Assembly: GCA_965644295.1 (NCBI GenBank)
Contig: CBFFRP010000078.1
Coordinates: 229,303 to 293,302, forward strand
DNA: 64,000 nt
Direction of reading: 5' to 3'
DNA from: Paraphysomonas bandaiensis
Taxonomy: Eukaryota > Protista > Chrysophyceae
Positions 40,536 to 53,265 of this stretch are shown here, piece after piece. The notes below the pieces were generated by a model. It saw nothing but the letters and a program-made list of their open reading frames with translations, ran no database searches and was not told the origin of the DNA. Each line of letters starts with the position of its first letter. Within the stretch, counting starts at the first letter, position 1. The position numbers and the translations under genes were made by a program.

Positions 40536-41125
40536 TCATTCAGTTGTAGTAGCAGTTGTTGCCACAGTATCCGCAGTTTTATTAGCGAAATAAGAATCCA
40601 TATCTTTGTCCAGTGCAGCCGTTACAGGATTAGGGCCTTTACCCGCTTCATACCAGTCTAATAATAGAAACACATGACCACAATATACACACACATATAT
40701 ATATATACATACATGAATCAAGCTCCATATCTAAATCACTGGCTGATTTAGGAGTCGAATCATTTCCTTTCTTCCCTTTTCTTTTACCATTTCCTATAAA
40801 ATCATATACATATATAAGACTATCATACATATACACACATACATGCATATACATACATACCTTTCGGCTTATTGTTATTACGATTCCGTATATTTGATTT
40901 TTGTTTTTTATTATTATTATCAATTAATAAACCACGTTTTTTCATAGTATATTTTTGACGATTAATATTTTGTTTTTGTAATGCCATATTTTTACGATTA
41001 TTTCTTTGATTATTTCCAGTATTTATACCTTGAATTTTTGTAAATTTATCACTTAGTTTACTGTATAGTATGTATGAGTGTATATTCTTTATATGAATAG
41101 AATTGACTTACCCGCTTGAAGTCAT
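40536..41125 (-). CDS. Small CHTOP/FoP-like mRNA-export adaptor with duplicated UAP56-binding motifs
   Basis: Spliced MTSSG|KLSDKFTK..., basic middle, KSASDLDMELDSYW and AALDKDMDSYF (FoP C-terminal duplication pattern). Confidence 0.75.
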
Positions 41126-41272
41126 CTTTACTTTTTTTATTCAATGATAAAGTTTGATAAGTTCGTAGGAATGTTTGTATGTGAAGTGAGTGTTGTAAGT
41201 TGCTTACAATATGAATATATGCATATGTATGTATGTATGTTGCTCGAAACGTATTGTGGCGATACCAACCCA

Positions 41273-41424
41273 ACATACATACATACATACATACATACAT
41301 ACATACATACATACATACATACATACATACATACATACATACATACATACATACATACATACATACATACATACATACATACATACATACATACATACAT
41401 ACATACATACATACATACATACAT
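41273..41424. repeat. (ACAT)n microsatellite
   Basis: Direct observation. Confidence 0.97.
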
Positions 41425-41584
41425 GCACTTCAGCTATAGCGGAGATATGCTATTTTTTGAACTTTAAATATCATATACAGAGTACTATACGGGTATACAG
41501 CAGTATAGCTATGTATCTATATCCAAGTACATCCTCTGTATATAGTGCAGTAGTGGTCATCCTCTGTACATATACATATGGTCA

Positions 41585-42217
41585 GTGTATCTTAAGTCTA
41601 TTATATGGATATCAGTGTTATCTATACTTTCAGTGTGGGGTTTGGTGATTGTGGTTGGAGGATACAGTTGTCATTCAATTAAATCTTCGAGATTTTATTT
41701 TTGGGCAACGATTAATCTCTTTGTTACTATCTTATGGCTAAGCTCATGTATTCCTCCTCTCTCTAACTTATTCAGTCTGCATACGTCCAGAAGAATAGCG
41801 TCATCAGTGTCACTCACTGTACTTTGCATATGGGGTATATGCACATACCTGGCCTCCACTATAATACTATTGAACATGAATGAGGCGAAATTTTGCATCA
41901 AATATAAATATATTCTAGTATGGTGTACGATTGACGTGATATTGGTACCATATGTTTTGGTTACCGACATAGTAGCTGTAACGGAGGGTGCTGTGTTTTG
42001 TTTTGTAAGAACATTGTTGCTCTACGTATTTGTGGCATGGGGAATTTTCCTGGTGTACTGGGAATTCGAGTGGGAAAGTGCATTGAAGCACAACTTTTAC
42101 CTTTGGGTCACTATCAAATTATGGCTGGATGTTATTGTATTAGGGGTTAGATTTACAAAGTCATTGTCGCTCAATTGTGACACATATTCTATGCGTAAAG
42201 AGACTTGGATAACTTAA
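41585..42217 (+). CDS. Possible small multi-pass membrane protein
   Basis: 210-codon hydrophobic ORF with an uncertain start; no recognised family. Confidence 0.4.
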   Translation: MYLKSIIWISVLSILSVWGLVIVVGGYSCHSIKSSRFYFWATINLFVTILWLSSCIPPLSNLFSLHTSRRIASSVSLTVLCIWGICTYLASTIILLNMNEAKFCIKYKYILVWCTIDVILVPYVLVTDIVAVTEGAVFCFVRTLLLYVFVAWGIFLVYWEFEWESALKHNFYLWVTIKLWLDVIVLGVRFTKSLSLNCDTYSMRKETWIT

Positions 42218-42477
42218 CAATATAAAGACTAACAGTAGCAGTTAATTAGCTTTAAAAGACTTTTCTTTCGATTTGTGGATTATGTATTGAAGTAGCACAT
42301 TACTATAGTATCTTCAAAAGTGTTTGTATTCGACATACTCCTCTTCCTTTTGTAATATCTGAACTGCTTGCTGCTGCAGAATAATGTTGAAGATAAGAAC
42401 GATTCCTTTCAAATACTAATAAAATCTGTACTTATGAATTCTTATTCGTCGGAGTTAGTTATATTCTGCTGATGTGC

Positions 42478-43200
42478 CAGGTCTAGGAAACAATATATTG
42501 TAATACTATTGTTAGAGAGTGTTCCATCAATAGTATTGATGGAGATTTTAAATAGGCCCAACAATACAATTACAATATATAACAATATGTTGTCAATGTA
42601 TTGCAATATATTAGCATGACTAATCAGTAAGTAAACACATCCGTAGATTCAATTTTTAGTATTAGTCATTAAGATCACAACTGCTGCTTATAGCTACTAA
42701 AAATTCACCTCGTCCTCATCCTCTGAGCCATCATCGGTGACGTCACCATATATATTCATTCACAGAATTAATTGAAATATGCTAGTATCCGGCCATAACT
42801 GTCGAATAGCTTTCAGAAACAACAGCATATTAAGTAGGATGGATACTTTTGCGCAACATATGTTTAGCTGCGCTGAACAAACATTCCCATGTATTGGAAG
42901 TACATACCAGAGCCTGGTAACCGTTAATGACTCGTGGACTTGTACGTTTCTTAATTTTTTGAGCTGACTGAAGATATTTAGTCGCATAGTCAACATCAAC
43001 TTCATCATCCTCTGTAATGTTGTAATCAATTTCTCGGTTATTTATATCCATTTTGCACCCTACAGTTGAGAATCTTCTCTTATATGACTATCATAATATT
43101 GATTGTAATATATTGTGAGCTACTTTAACAGAAACAATATTGATGGGATTTTTGTCCGGTCGAGCAATCAATATATTATACAATATATTGCAATCTGTAT
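42478..43200 (-). mobile_element. Degraded hAT element
   Basis: The end at 42478 matches the 2917 MITE; minus-strand remnant YQALVCTSNTWECLFSAAKHML (hAT dimerisation-like); caatatattg motifs near 43130-43195. Confidence 0.7.
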
Positions 43201-43294
43201 GGAGAGGATGAGCTAGAGCTGTTACATATTGGAGGCTGGTCATTTCAACAAGGGATCCCTGAAGAAGCACATAGGAGAATGCTATTTATAGGGC

Positions 43295-43371
43295 CCAACC
43301 TCCAGAGGAAACATTTGACAAAGACTGCATTGAAGAAATCATGTTTGTCAAGTGTTTCCTCTGGAAGTTGG
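43295..43371. other. ~28-bp stem hairpin
   Basis: ccaacctccagaggaaacatttgacaaa / tttgtcaagtgtttcctctggaagttgg, 2 non-Watson-Crick positions. Confidence 0.7.
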
Positions 43372-43901
43372 ATCGTATAAATAGATAGACTCTTTGTATA
43401 AATAATTGCATACAACAACAACATGTCAACAACATGATAAATTATTTCGTTCATATCAACCACTGCTCAACTTTCGTATCTGGAATCGTGATGATACAAT
43501 ACTTCTGTTTTACAGTTATAGCTATATATATCTATATAGTATCGTTGTCTACGTGCGTATTACTGTTATTCACATTGTATTTAACGTATTCTACATTCTA
43601 CAGTACTATCTTAGAGAACCATACGTATTCCAACACATTGTACTGTTTGATGTCGTAGAGAGCTCAAGCAGTAGTGCTGATAAACAACGTATTGCAGCAT
43701 ATATAGCATATCGTGCAATCTATTCTCTACAGCACTCTACTTTTCCTTGATTCAATGCACTACAAATGCCGACATAGAAAATAGATACCTATTCGTAGTC
43801 ATAGATGACAAGCCCTGACTAGCTGACTACTGACTAGCTACCCAATTCAAGCCGAAAAGGGACACATATAAGAAAAGCATTAAGACAACAATATTTAGTA
43901 T

Positions 43902-45581
43902 TTAGGTATTATCTATGTAAGGCTGCAAACCAGCTCTTTTTCTCAAAAACTTCTTCAATCGAAAAGGAAAATCTTCTACTTCCTTGTAACTGGGAAAGAA
44001 ATTTACATCTATGACGACCAAATCCCGTTCTGGTGCAGCGACACCGACATCAGGACTGCTATGGCTATTATTTGGCAATATTACATCAAAGCCAAATAGG
44101 GACAATCCAAATCCGTCTCGTATAGCTTCTGCAACCATTTCAAACCTCTCTGTAAAATATTAAGTATCTTTAGCAAAATTATACGAATAGCACTCTAGAA
44201 CCTTTGTTTACGATATCTTCAACGTCTTCACCATTCTTCTTTCGGGATGCCTGGTGCGAGGAAATTTCATTGCATGAGGTCATCTGTGTACAGGCAGTTG
44301 AGCTCTGTGGCATTCTTTCGTTTCCATGTGGCAGCACGGTGTTACATGTCGAAAGTTCAGAAAGCGCTGTAGAAGATTCACTTCCCCAAACTGCTTCATC
44401 CTCCGATTTGGCTGAAGACGTTGAGATTGACATGGGATGAGAACTATCAACGAAATCTTCCATTGTGGGGTATGTGGCTTGGCTATTGAATGCAATGCTT
44501 TTTAGATGTCGACAACAGGCGTTTAAATCACAACTACGGTGATCTCCAGCAATAAATTGCTTTAGATTTGGTAATGATGGGCGCTGATAAACCATTACTT
44601 CTTTATCTATAACGTACACTTTGAAAAATATGGCAGAGTGATCCTGGTACTCCTGGATTACACAAGGACTACTAACAAGTGCAAGTCCGTCTGGCGATAG
44701 AGCTATAACCTTCAGATATACACAACAGTTACCTCGTCATATTATTTCAGGCGTAGTGATGATTGATTTTACCATCGAATGAGAGTTCGGTGTTCCACAC
44801 GCTTCTATCGGTTTACATATAACTGGATACTCCAGACACGATAACTCAACTTTTTCAACCAGTGAGTTTACGTCGTCAACTATCAAGTACTTGGGTTGTG
44901 TGAAAAAACAGTCACCGGGAACCATTGTGGTTGAAGATATAATTTTGTCCAGAATATGACATACTTGGGATCGAGACACAATATTTTTTACACATGGCAA
45001 GGGGTCGATTATAACACTTTTTGGGTATCTCTGTAAGTAAAGTTGCAGAGCTTTTACTTTCAATCTTGACTCTTCATCATCACTTTGTACATCCTCAGTG
45101 AGTTTGTGAATCACTACATTGTAAAAGGGCTGTACAATTCAGTTAGTACTCTTTGAATACTACATGAAGAGTACATATCGTATATCATACATAGTTAAGT
45201 ATACGTATCTTCATACCATATATACATATATCATATATGCATACCACACGTATAATCATACCACACAATCATATATATATACATATATCATATATGCATA
45301 CCACACGTATAATCATACCACACAATCATTTATATATACATATACACATACATCTATATTCCAGTAGCACACACCTGCTTGTGTACAGGTATCATGAAAT
45401 CAAATGCTTCAAACAACACCCCATCAGATATTTCACTACTTAATATATCTGCTAATCCACCTCCACGCCATATACTGCCTCTAGTCATATAATTTCCACC
45501 ACTTTTACGTAATTTCTTTTGATTCAGTGCATATGCTACTTTACATATATGATAATGACTATTATTCATTCTCCTTTCCAT
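43902..45581 (-). CDS. ITPK1: Inositol-tetrakisphosphate 1-kinase / Ins(1,3,4)P3 5/6-kinase (ATP-grasp)
   Basis: VAYALNQKK, IHKLTED, YPVICKPIEACGTPNSHSM, QEYQDH...FKVYVI, RPSLPN, GLSLFGFDVI, VIDVNFFPSY. Confidence 0.93.
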
Positions 45582-46240
45582 GGATATGTTTAGATAGTCA
45601 TAGAGGTATCATTGAATTGATTGAATGATAAGATTCTTATACAATGTATGTATGTATATGTTTATTGATCTTGTTCATATGATTGTATATATATGGATAT
45701 ATATGTATCTATACCACCTACTTATACCTGCTTACATCTACATACATATACATAGTCTATATATATATATATATAATCAACTCACTTGACTATATGATGA
45801 AAGTTCACTTCATTGATTTTCTTCTATCAAATCATTGGCTCATACTATAATCTTCACCTTCAAATCACTTCAAAGAAGTGTAGACAATACAGATAGAATA
45901 CTTTGTGGAATACAGTTATTCTCCACCTCACAATTTCTTTCATTTACAAGAATACTTACCGTATTACTATGTTGAAGAAAACAACAGAATATCTATTCAA
46001 CTACGTATGTATATCCTTCTATTCCATGTTCATAGGGATGTCAGTTGCTGTGTATATGTATATATATGTTTTCTTTACGTACGAACATAAATCAAAAACG
46101 TATCTTGAAGGGATTATGTGTAACCGAATATAGATTTGAGGTGTCATATGTATGTATATATGCACATTGCATGCAAACATTATCTTGCAACTTTAACAAG
46201 TAAGAAACATTCTATTCAAACTAATATATCAAACAATAAA

Positions 46241-47587
46241 ATGGGAGCTGGTGCATCTGCTGTTGAACAAGCTGAAGTAAATAAACTTCCTCAATATACT
46301 ATCTTGGGTGGGGATGCCAAGTATGATGAACTGAAAGGGGAAGATGGAAAGGTTGACCTCTCCAAGATTCAGGACCCCTATCTTGCCTATGGAGGTACCT
46401 ACGCTGGTGATCCCAAAGATACTGCTGATTTCAAGTATGTTACATTCGAGTCTGTACCAAACTTCACTGAAGCTCATAAGTCTGCTATGGCGAAACACCT
46501 CACTCCTGAGCTCTTTGAGAAACTTAAGGACGTCAAGTCTAGCAAGGGATACACTCTATCCAATGTGATCATGACTGGTGTTGTTACTCCTCATCTTGGT
46601 GTTGGAGCAACTGCTGGCGATGAGGAGTGCTGGGAGCTATTCAAGGATCTCTTCTACCCTATTATCAAGGACTGGCATGGATATGATCCTGAGACTCAAA
46701 CTCACCCTATGGACCTTGATCCTTCTAAGCTTGTCTTCTCTGATGAACAGAAGGCTACGTTTAACGAATATGTTGCATCAACTCGTATTCGTGCTGCTCG
46801 TAATATTGCTGGATTTTCACTTCCTTGCGGCTCTACCGATGAGGATCGCGCTGGTGTGGAGGCTGTTCTCAAGCAGGCTTTCGCTGGCCTCGAGGGCGAA
46901 CTTGCTGGCACTTACTACGAGCTTGGTGGTCTTTCTGACGAACAGAGAGACTTCCTTCTTAACAAGGGCTTTCTCTTCCAGATTCCATCTGCCAGGAACC
47001 TCCTCACCGGTGCTGGTGCAGCTCGCTCATGGCCCAACAACAGAGGAATCTTTCACAACGAGGCTCAGACTGCTCTCTGCTGGGTCAACGAGGAAGATCA
47101 CTGCCGCATTATTTCCATGGAGATGGGTGGTGACATTCCGTCTGTGTTCACTCGCTTCTGCGCTTTATCCAACGCTTTGAAGGCATCTGCCGAGGCAAAT
47201 GGCACGAAGCTCATGTGGAACGAGAAGCTTGGGTTCCTTGGAACTTGCCCCTCAAACTTGGGTACTGGATTGCGTGCTTCTGTCATGGTCAAGCTTGAGA
47301 ACTTTAACAAGCTTCTTGAGGGCGACAACGCTGAAGACAAAGAGCTCCTGGAGCAGGTCTGCTCTGCTTTTGACCTCCAGCCCCGTGGTTCCGCTGGCGA
47401 GCACTCTCCTGCTGTTGGTGCTAAATTCGATGTTTCCAACAAACAACGACTGGGATTCTCTGAGGTCCAGTTAGTGCAGAAAATGATCGATGGTGTGTCC
47501 AAAGTCATTGAGCTTGAGAAGATGCTCGCTGCTGGTTCATCGCCTGCTGATGTCAGAGTCAAGGTCCAGGAACTCACCGCTGCGTAA
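46241..47587 (+). CDS. ATP:guanido phosphotransferase (phosphagen kinase), probably N-myristoylated, intronless
   Basis: HKSAMAKHLTPE, STRIRAARN, WPNNRGIFHN, WVNEEDH, CPSNLGTGLRASV, DVSNKQRLG; MGAGAS start; strongly biased codons. Confidence 0.95.
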   Translation: MGAGASAVEQAEVNKLPQYTILGGDAKYDELKGEDGKVDLSKIQDPYLAYGGTYAGDPKDTADFKYVTFESVPNFTEAHKSAMAKHLTPELFEKLKDVKSSKGYTLSNVIMTGVVTPHLGVGATAGDEECWELFKDLFYPIIKDWHGYDPETQTHPMDLDPSKLVFSDEQKATFNEYVASTRIRAARNIAGFSLPCGSTDEDRAGVEAVLKQAFAGLEGELAGTYYELGGLSDEQRDFLLNKGFLFQIPSARNLLTGAGAARSWPNNRGIFHNEAQTALCWVNEEDHCRIISMEMGGDIPSVFTRFCALSNALKASAEANGTKLMWNEKLGFLGTCPSNLGTGLRASVMVKLENFNKLLEGDNAEDKELLEQVCSAFDLQPRGSAGEHSPAVGAKFDVSNKQRLGFSEVQLVQKMIDGVSKVIELEKMLAAGSSPADVRVKVQELTAA

Positions 47588-47916
47588 ACATCCTGTCTCT
47601 GTACTAATCCCAAGCTCTGCAGTTACTGATATGAGAAGCATGTGACTGCCAGCTTTAGCGTGTACCAATTTTTCTGCGCGAGAAATGTGTAATGTGTGGC
47701 TATGTACCTGATTGCATAATAGATTTACGTTGCTTCTAGCTAATAATGAGTAAAATTGAAAATATCGTGTAGCACTCTACTATCCAGTATTATATAGATC
47801 TTACTTATCATCCTGACCTGATCATAGCACCACACTTATCGATCATTTCAATTACATAGTCGTTTCCTAGGCCTGCATACCACATTTTTGTAGGTTAAAT
47901 ATGACCACAAATATTC

Positions 47917-47990
47917 AGGGCTGCGTATCAATTTATTATCAATTATTGAAATTGGAATAATTGAAATTGGGACATCGATTAATTGACAAA
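47917..47990 (+). mobile_element. Isolated left end of the 38950 hAT family
   Basis: cagggctgcgtatcaatt...gaaattgggacatcgatt matches 38950-39040. Confidence 0.75.
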
Positions 47991-48124
47991 TATACCAAGA
48001 GAAAATAAATGAATCACAACTTTCAACATTTACAAAACAAGTCGTGCTCGGACCTTAGATGCTTTTCAGAAAACTAATGCGAGCCGCATACATATAATCA
48101 TATAATTAACATATATTGTTCTTC

Positions 48125-48490
48125 CTACTGCCCACTCGTGTGGTACAAGGGACACTACTAAGTGTCACTTGTCATTTGTGGAGATGTCTTCGAACCCTGA
48201 CGAATAGACAGGTATTCGGGAATTGGCCCAACTCAAAGGCATCCGAGGTATTGGGCTGACTGCTGAAGTCGAGCTTCTGGGCTGTTCACCTTCAGGACTC
48301 AAAAGTCCTGAAGTTAGCAGATGTCCGGAATATCAACATTCTGCTTGATTACAGCGTTTGCTTTGAGTGATAGAGCAAAAGTGGTTGCATCTTGGTGCTT
48401 TCGTAAAATAGTAGGATGTCAAAGTTAGGCACTGGTTTTAAACGCATATTGCAAATAAAAAGACATCCACTACAAATAGACTACTACGTT
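48125..48490 (+). mobile_element. Retroposon-like 3' fragment
   Basis: Collinear with 31388-31755 (tgtggtacaagggacac, aagtgtcacttg, gtattgggctg-ctgctgaagtc); ends in actac-like repeats. Confidence 0.7.
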
Positions 48491-49740
48491 TACAAACGAA
48501 TAAGGGTGACATTTGCTTTTTTTTTGTACGTTGATACTAGGTTTCAGAGATTCGCATCTTTATCTAAGTCAATTAGATTATAATCGCTTGCTGAATAAAG
48601 GTCGCTTGCTACTAATCGACATACCAAATGTTTTGAAGAAATACCGTATGCAAAAGACATTCCTTTTGGAAACTATACCATTCGTTTATTCTCTCAGAAT
48701 TTGTATAGTGGCCCATTTCAAAATAAATCTTTTGCGACTTTGATGTGAAAAAAGCTTTCTTACTATTTATACTTTTATCCCAAAGTACTCTATTGAATTG
48801 TCCCTTTTTAGCCGCCAGTGAGATAATTATTTGTTATGGGTGACATTTCTTTTGCTTGTGTACAATAAGATGTTGAAATCAGGTATTTATTGATAGAAGT
48901 TATTATCAATTCTTGCTTCTTCCTGAAGAGGAAGAAATTAAGAATGAAGTAACGGATGTTGCTCGTGCTTTGTTTACGTCTGGATATGAATTTGATAATA
49001 TGGATACGCATTATCTGAAAGAACATGTGTCAATACAATACAGAAATGTTTTCCGTCATACCGATATACAGTCAATAAAAAGGAGATTCCTTGTATAGTA
49101 CCACAGTTTAACGAAATATCGACTTTGATTACGACGTAGTTTTTTCTCTATAATTCTTTTTGGAAGGACAGTACTCACATCATAAGCCGGTATCCCCTTT
49201 ACCTTTCACAGGAATTTCACCATAACTTAACATCCCATAAACGGTAATAAAGTAAAATAACATCTAATGCTACATGCAACCTATCTGAAATGTGAGCATT
49301 CGCCTATGTCCTTATTCCATATATAAACAAAGACAGCGGAAAAGGAAGAGGTCAAAAGAGATATTACAAATTAGATTAGGATGTAACGGATTTAGAAAAA
49401 TCAGCCACTCATACGGTTTGCAGATAAACTGTGGCAAAGTTATCAGGTTCTAAAATCGAAGAAGCATCGTATTCAACAAGAAAAGTTGTATACCCTACTA
49501 TGTTGAAGATGTGAAACTAATAAATACTAATTCTTAGATGATTAGGTTGATAGAGGGAAAAATAATATCGAAGTTGAAATATTATTAGGATGATTGAAAA
49601 TTCAACGACCAAAATGTATACATTCGCAAGTTAAAAATCACGAATCTGAAACCGTTATACTCCTATAGGGGTATACCACCACACTAAGGATATACCGGGT
49701 AAACCGACACATTCAACTGCTCTATTAGTGACCAACCTGA

Positions 49741-50322
49741 TCATCTGATATGACGAATATTTTCGGCGGCAGAAAGCCGAGGAATAAATTCCGCCACTAT
49801 ATCAAATGCATTGGGTCTCTGATTTCTGAAGTTTTTTACATAATCAGTGCAACTAAAAAGGATATTCGAATACGCCTTCAATTCCCGGTCAATTTCCCGG
49901 TTTCGAATGATTTTCTTGATTTCATCTTTCACAGCTTCATCATTCAAAAAAGCTCTTGCTTCCCGGTGCTTCGTACGAAATTTAGATAACAATGTTACAT
50001 CCGAATTAGATTTTGCTTCTTCATATCGTTTCATAAGCATCTGTATACAATATGAATTAAATAATTATATAAAACATATATATATTTTAACCTCTATTGA
50101 ACATATATGTATATTACAACTCTCTAAGAATTCCTCATCACTATATATGCATGATGTATACCCTTCTTCAATAAATTGTAATTCATGTATTTTATAATAT
50201 TGAATTAGTATAAATAATTCATATATATAATTGATAGTAATTCCAGATATATTTCCTTGTAAACGTTTTAAATTTAATGATAATAAAGTTTCATAGTCAT
50301 CATTATTGATATTCATATTCAT
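49741..50322 (-). CDS. Small two-exon protein of unknown function (~176 aa)
   Basis: ORF 50322-50092 splices in frame (ICSIE|MLMKRY) to 50040-49741. Confidence 0.6.
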
Positions 50323-50769
50323 GTGAGATGATTATGTATGTATGTCTATGTATATATATAGGTATATATATGTATATGTGTGTATATAGAGAGTATTGAG
50401 TGGTAGTTCAATATAATAATATGTTAGTATATAATATCTTATTGTTATAATCGAATTATTAGATGATGATTCTATTAATAGTGTGGTGATGTAATGTACA
50501 GTTAATGTGACCTTAGGCCACTAATTATGGTGAAGACAAAAATCAAAAAGACAAAAGACAAAAAGACAAAAGACATTTTTTCAGCAGAATTGTTTTTGTC
50601 CAGGTGCGAATTATGGCGCAGACAGAAAGACAAAAGACAAAAGCATGGATTTTGTGTTTCATACTCGCTTGTTCTCACTGAATGCATTGTGAATCAAAGC
50701 ATTAGCATTATAACACAAGTCACAAGTGACAGTGTAAAGTTTATAGTATGATATTTCGCGTGGGTACAT

Positions 50770-51852
50770 TGTCCCGAAAGTACTTAGTATACAAAAAGGA
50801 GAAAACAACCTTCATCAAACAGCTTGTGAAGAAAACTCGAGCGTCCAGTGAGGATCGTATAATTGCAAGAAAAAATGTGTATGAACGTATTGACTACGAT
50901 AACACGCCATGGGACCTCCTGCTGAGGGATGCAAGGATAAGAGACCCAACAACTCGTGAAGGTATGACTTCTGGTACTGTTTTACATATCACGTGACTCT
51001 GCATCAGGCAAGCTTTTCAGAACGCGTTTTCGATTTCCGTATCAAATGTTTCAAGAAATAGTCCTATGGGCTAAAGATTCCTCACTTCGTAAGAATAGGT
51101 TTACAGGGCAACCCATCGCTGATACTGTCACTTCGTAAGAATAAGTTAACAGGGCAACCCATCGCTGATACTGTTAGGTGTTGCTGTTAGGTGTATGCCA
51201 GCTTAGGACTTCCTGGTGTGATTGGATCAACTGATGTTGTTCATATTCATTGGGACAGATGTCCTGCTGCATTACGTTCTTTGTATGTTGGAAAAGAAGG
51301 CTATCCTACATTAGCGTATTCGGTGACTTGCACCCACTCAAGACGTATCATTGCAGCTACTTCAGGTCATCCAGGACCTCAGAATCTGGTCAAAGTGGCT
51401 AGAATCGGTTCGCAAGGACATCGAATGCACATTCGGTATACTCAAGGGGCGCTTTCGGATTCTAAAAATTCCTATTCTGCTTCAAAGTAAAGAGGAAATT
51501 GACAATGTATTGTTCACATGCTGTTGTCTACACAATGAGATCATGAGGGATGATAACTTGTTTAAGCTGTGGGAGCAGGGTGTGGAATGGAATGGACCAG
51601 ATGGATTTCATGATTTATGCGACATAGATAAAGCATTTAAAGTTCACAGAGAAAATAACGGTAAGTTGAAAGAAGTTATGCTTAGAGTACAGAGACACAG
51701 ATCTAACAGATCCCAAACATCGATGTGGTACATCGTTTGATACAGTTGAAGCTGTACGTACTGAAGTTGAAAATGAGCACACTGTCCTCAGAAATAAACT
51801 TGTTAACCATTTCATGCGTATGTGTAGTGATAAAACTGTTGTATGGTCATAA
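50770..51852 (+). pseudogene. PIF/Harbinger DDE transposase, deleted and frameshifted
   Basis: GLPGVIGSTDVVHIHWDRCP, GKEGYPTLAY, WSKWLESVRKDIECTFGILKGRFRILK, CCCLHN; the middle D region is missing; 46-bp tandem duplication at 51083-51175. Confidence 0.9.
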
Positions 51853-52007
51853 TTAAAAACTGATTTGTTTCATAAGTACAGTTGATTACTTAGCTCATGC
51901 AATTAACATAGCAAATAGCATATTATTATGCAGTAATTATAGTATAACTGATACCAACATGTGATTATATGCTATAACTAGAATTGCATTGGCATGTTGA
52001 TAATCTT

Positions 52008-52696
52008 TCAATCGGAAACGATTTCCGAGAGGTCCACAGATTTCTCAATGACAGAAGTCTCAGGAGAGTCGCAAGTAAATTTCAGCATGTGAGGTGTGCT
52101 GCTCGTTGAGTTCGATGTTATGGTACTGTCAATGGCAGAACTAGGTGTGCTCATAGTAGAATTACGTGCGTTTTTGGTGGTGTCCATTAATACAGAGGAA
52201 GCTTTTCTCTTCAGCGTTGGAGCTAGATCGGAGTTGATGAACTCTTTGAATTTGTCCTTCATATCTTGGTCGTCCGGAAACATAGTAAAATAATATCTGA
52301 ACTCCTCCATACGATTGTGACGGGCTGTCATTCTAACCTCATATTCTCCTATGCTATTAGAATCTCCCTCCGAATAACCAGACTCCTTCAAGCTCTTATT
52401 GCGCTGCTCCTTTCTTCCTTTCGAACCTTTTGGTACCTTTTCTAGGGGTTTCTCACTGGAAAGACCATTACCGACAATAACTTTGAAACCATCCCAACAA
52501 TGTAGATGTCATTGCTTTCATTTTTGACCAGGAGTGCGGCGTGTCGTAAGAAGTTTCTGTGACAAATTTCTCCAAGCTCTGCAATCGTCGTGGTCTTGAC
52601 ACCATGGGTCTCCATGCCTGCCAAAGCAATAGCAAGCTTCTGCCAATGTTTGAGACTGTAAATCATTGCGATCTGTGCTGTTTATCAGGTATATAA
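52008..52696 (-). pseudogene. Probable Harbinger second ORF remnant, convergent with the transposase
   Basis: Disrupted ORFs 52666-52442 and 52391-52008 (PKGSKGRK motif) in the position typical of the partner gene. Confidence 0.5.
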
Positions 52697-52708
52697 GCCC
52701 TAATTAGT

Positions 52709-52933
52709 GCTCTATTGTGTAAAAATGTCTTCCACTCTTGATTTTTGTCTTCGAAGACAAAAAGACATAAATTTGCTCATATTTATGTCTTTTTGTCTCC
52801 CGAAGACAGACTTCTGAGCATGAAAAGCTGAAGTTATAGGAGGACAAAAGACAGAAATCCGTCGAAAGACAAAATGTCTTTTTGTCTTCAAGGACAGAAA
52901 TCGAGAGTGGAAGACATTTTTACACAATGGAGC
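52709..52933. mobile_element. Palindromic MITE-like element at the symmetry centre of the composite
   Basis: gctctattgtgtaaaaatgtcttccactc / gagtggaagacatttttacacaatggagc; gacaaaa motifs and agctgaagttatag shared with the outer end. Confidence 0.75.
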
Positions 52934-53234
52934 TTCATTAATAGTTATACACCTGATGAACAGCACCAGGCGCAATGATTTATAGTCTCAAGCATTGGCA
53001 GAAGCTTGCCCATTGCTTTGGCAGGCATGGAGACCCGTGGTGTCAAGACCACGACGATAACAGAGCTTGGAGAAATATGTCTGTGAAACTTCTTACGACA
53101 CGCCGCACTCCTGTCAACAATGAAAGCACTGACAACTACATCAATGAAACCGTATCCCTGACCGAGTATATTCCGGCAGGAACCATAACTATTGATCAGA
53201 TTGTGAAAGGTGAAGAGTGTGTGTTGATTTAAAC

Positions 53235-53235
<1 letters not shown>

Positions 53236-53265
<30 letters not shown>

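Noticed and set aside
45215-45345. ~55-bp tandem duplication in an ITPK1 intron
   Set aside because: Ordinary slippage in low-complexity intron DNA
48195-48230. Hammerhead-like ctgacga plus stem in the retroposon fragment
   Set aside because: The GAAA core is missing (cgggaa) and the motif is not intact in the 31465 copy
48500-49700. Short ORF fragments that may be a decayed gene or transposase
   Set aside because: No recognisable motif or consistent frame
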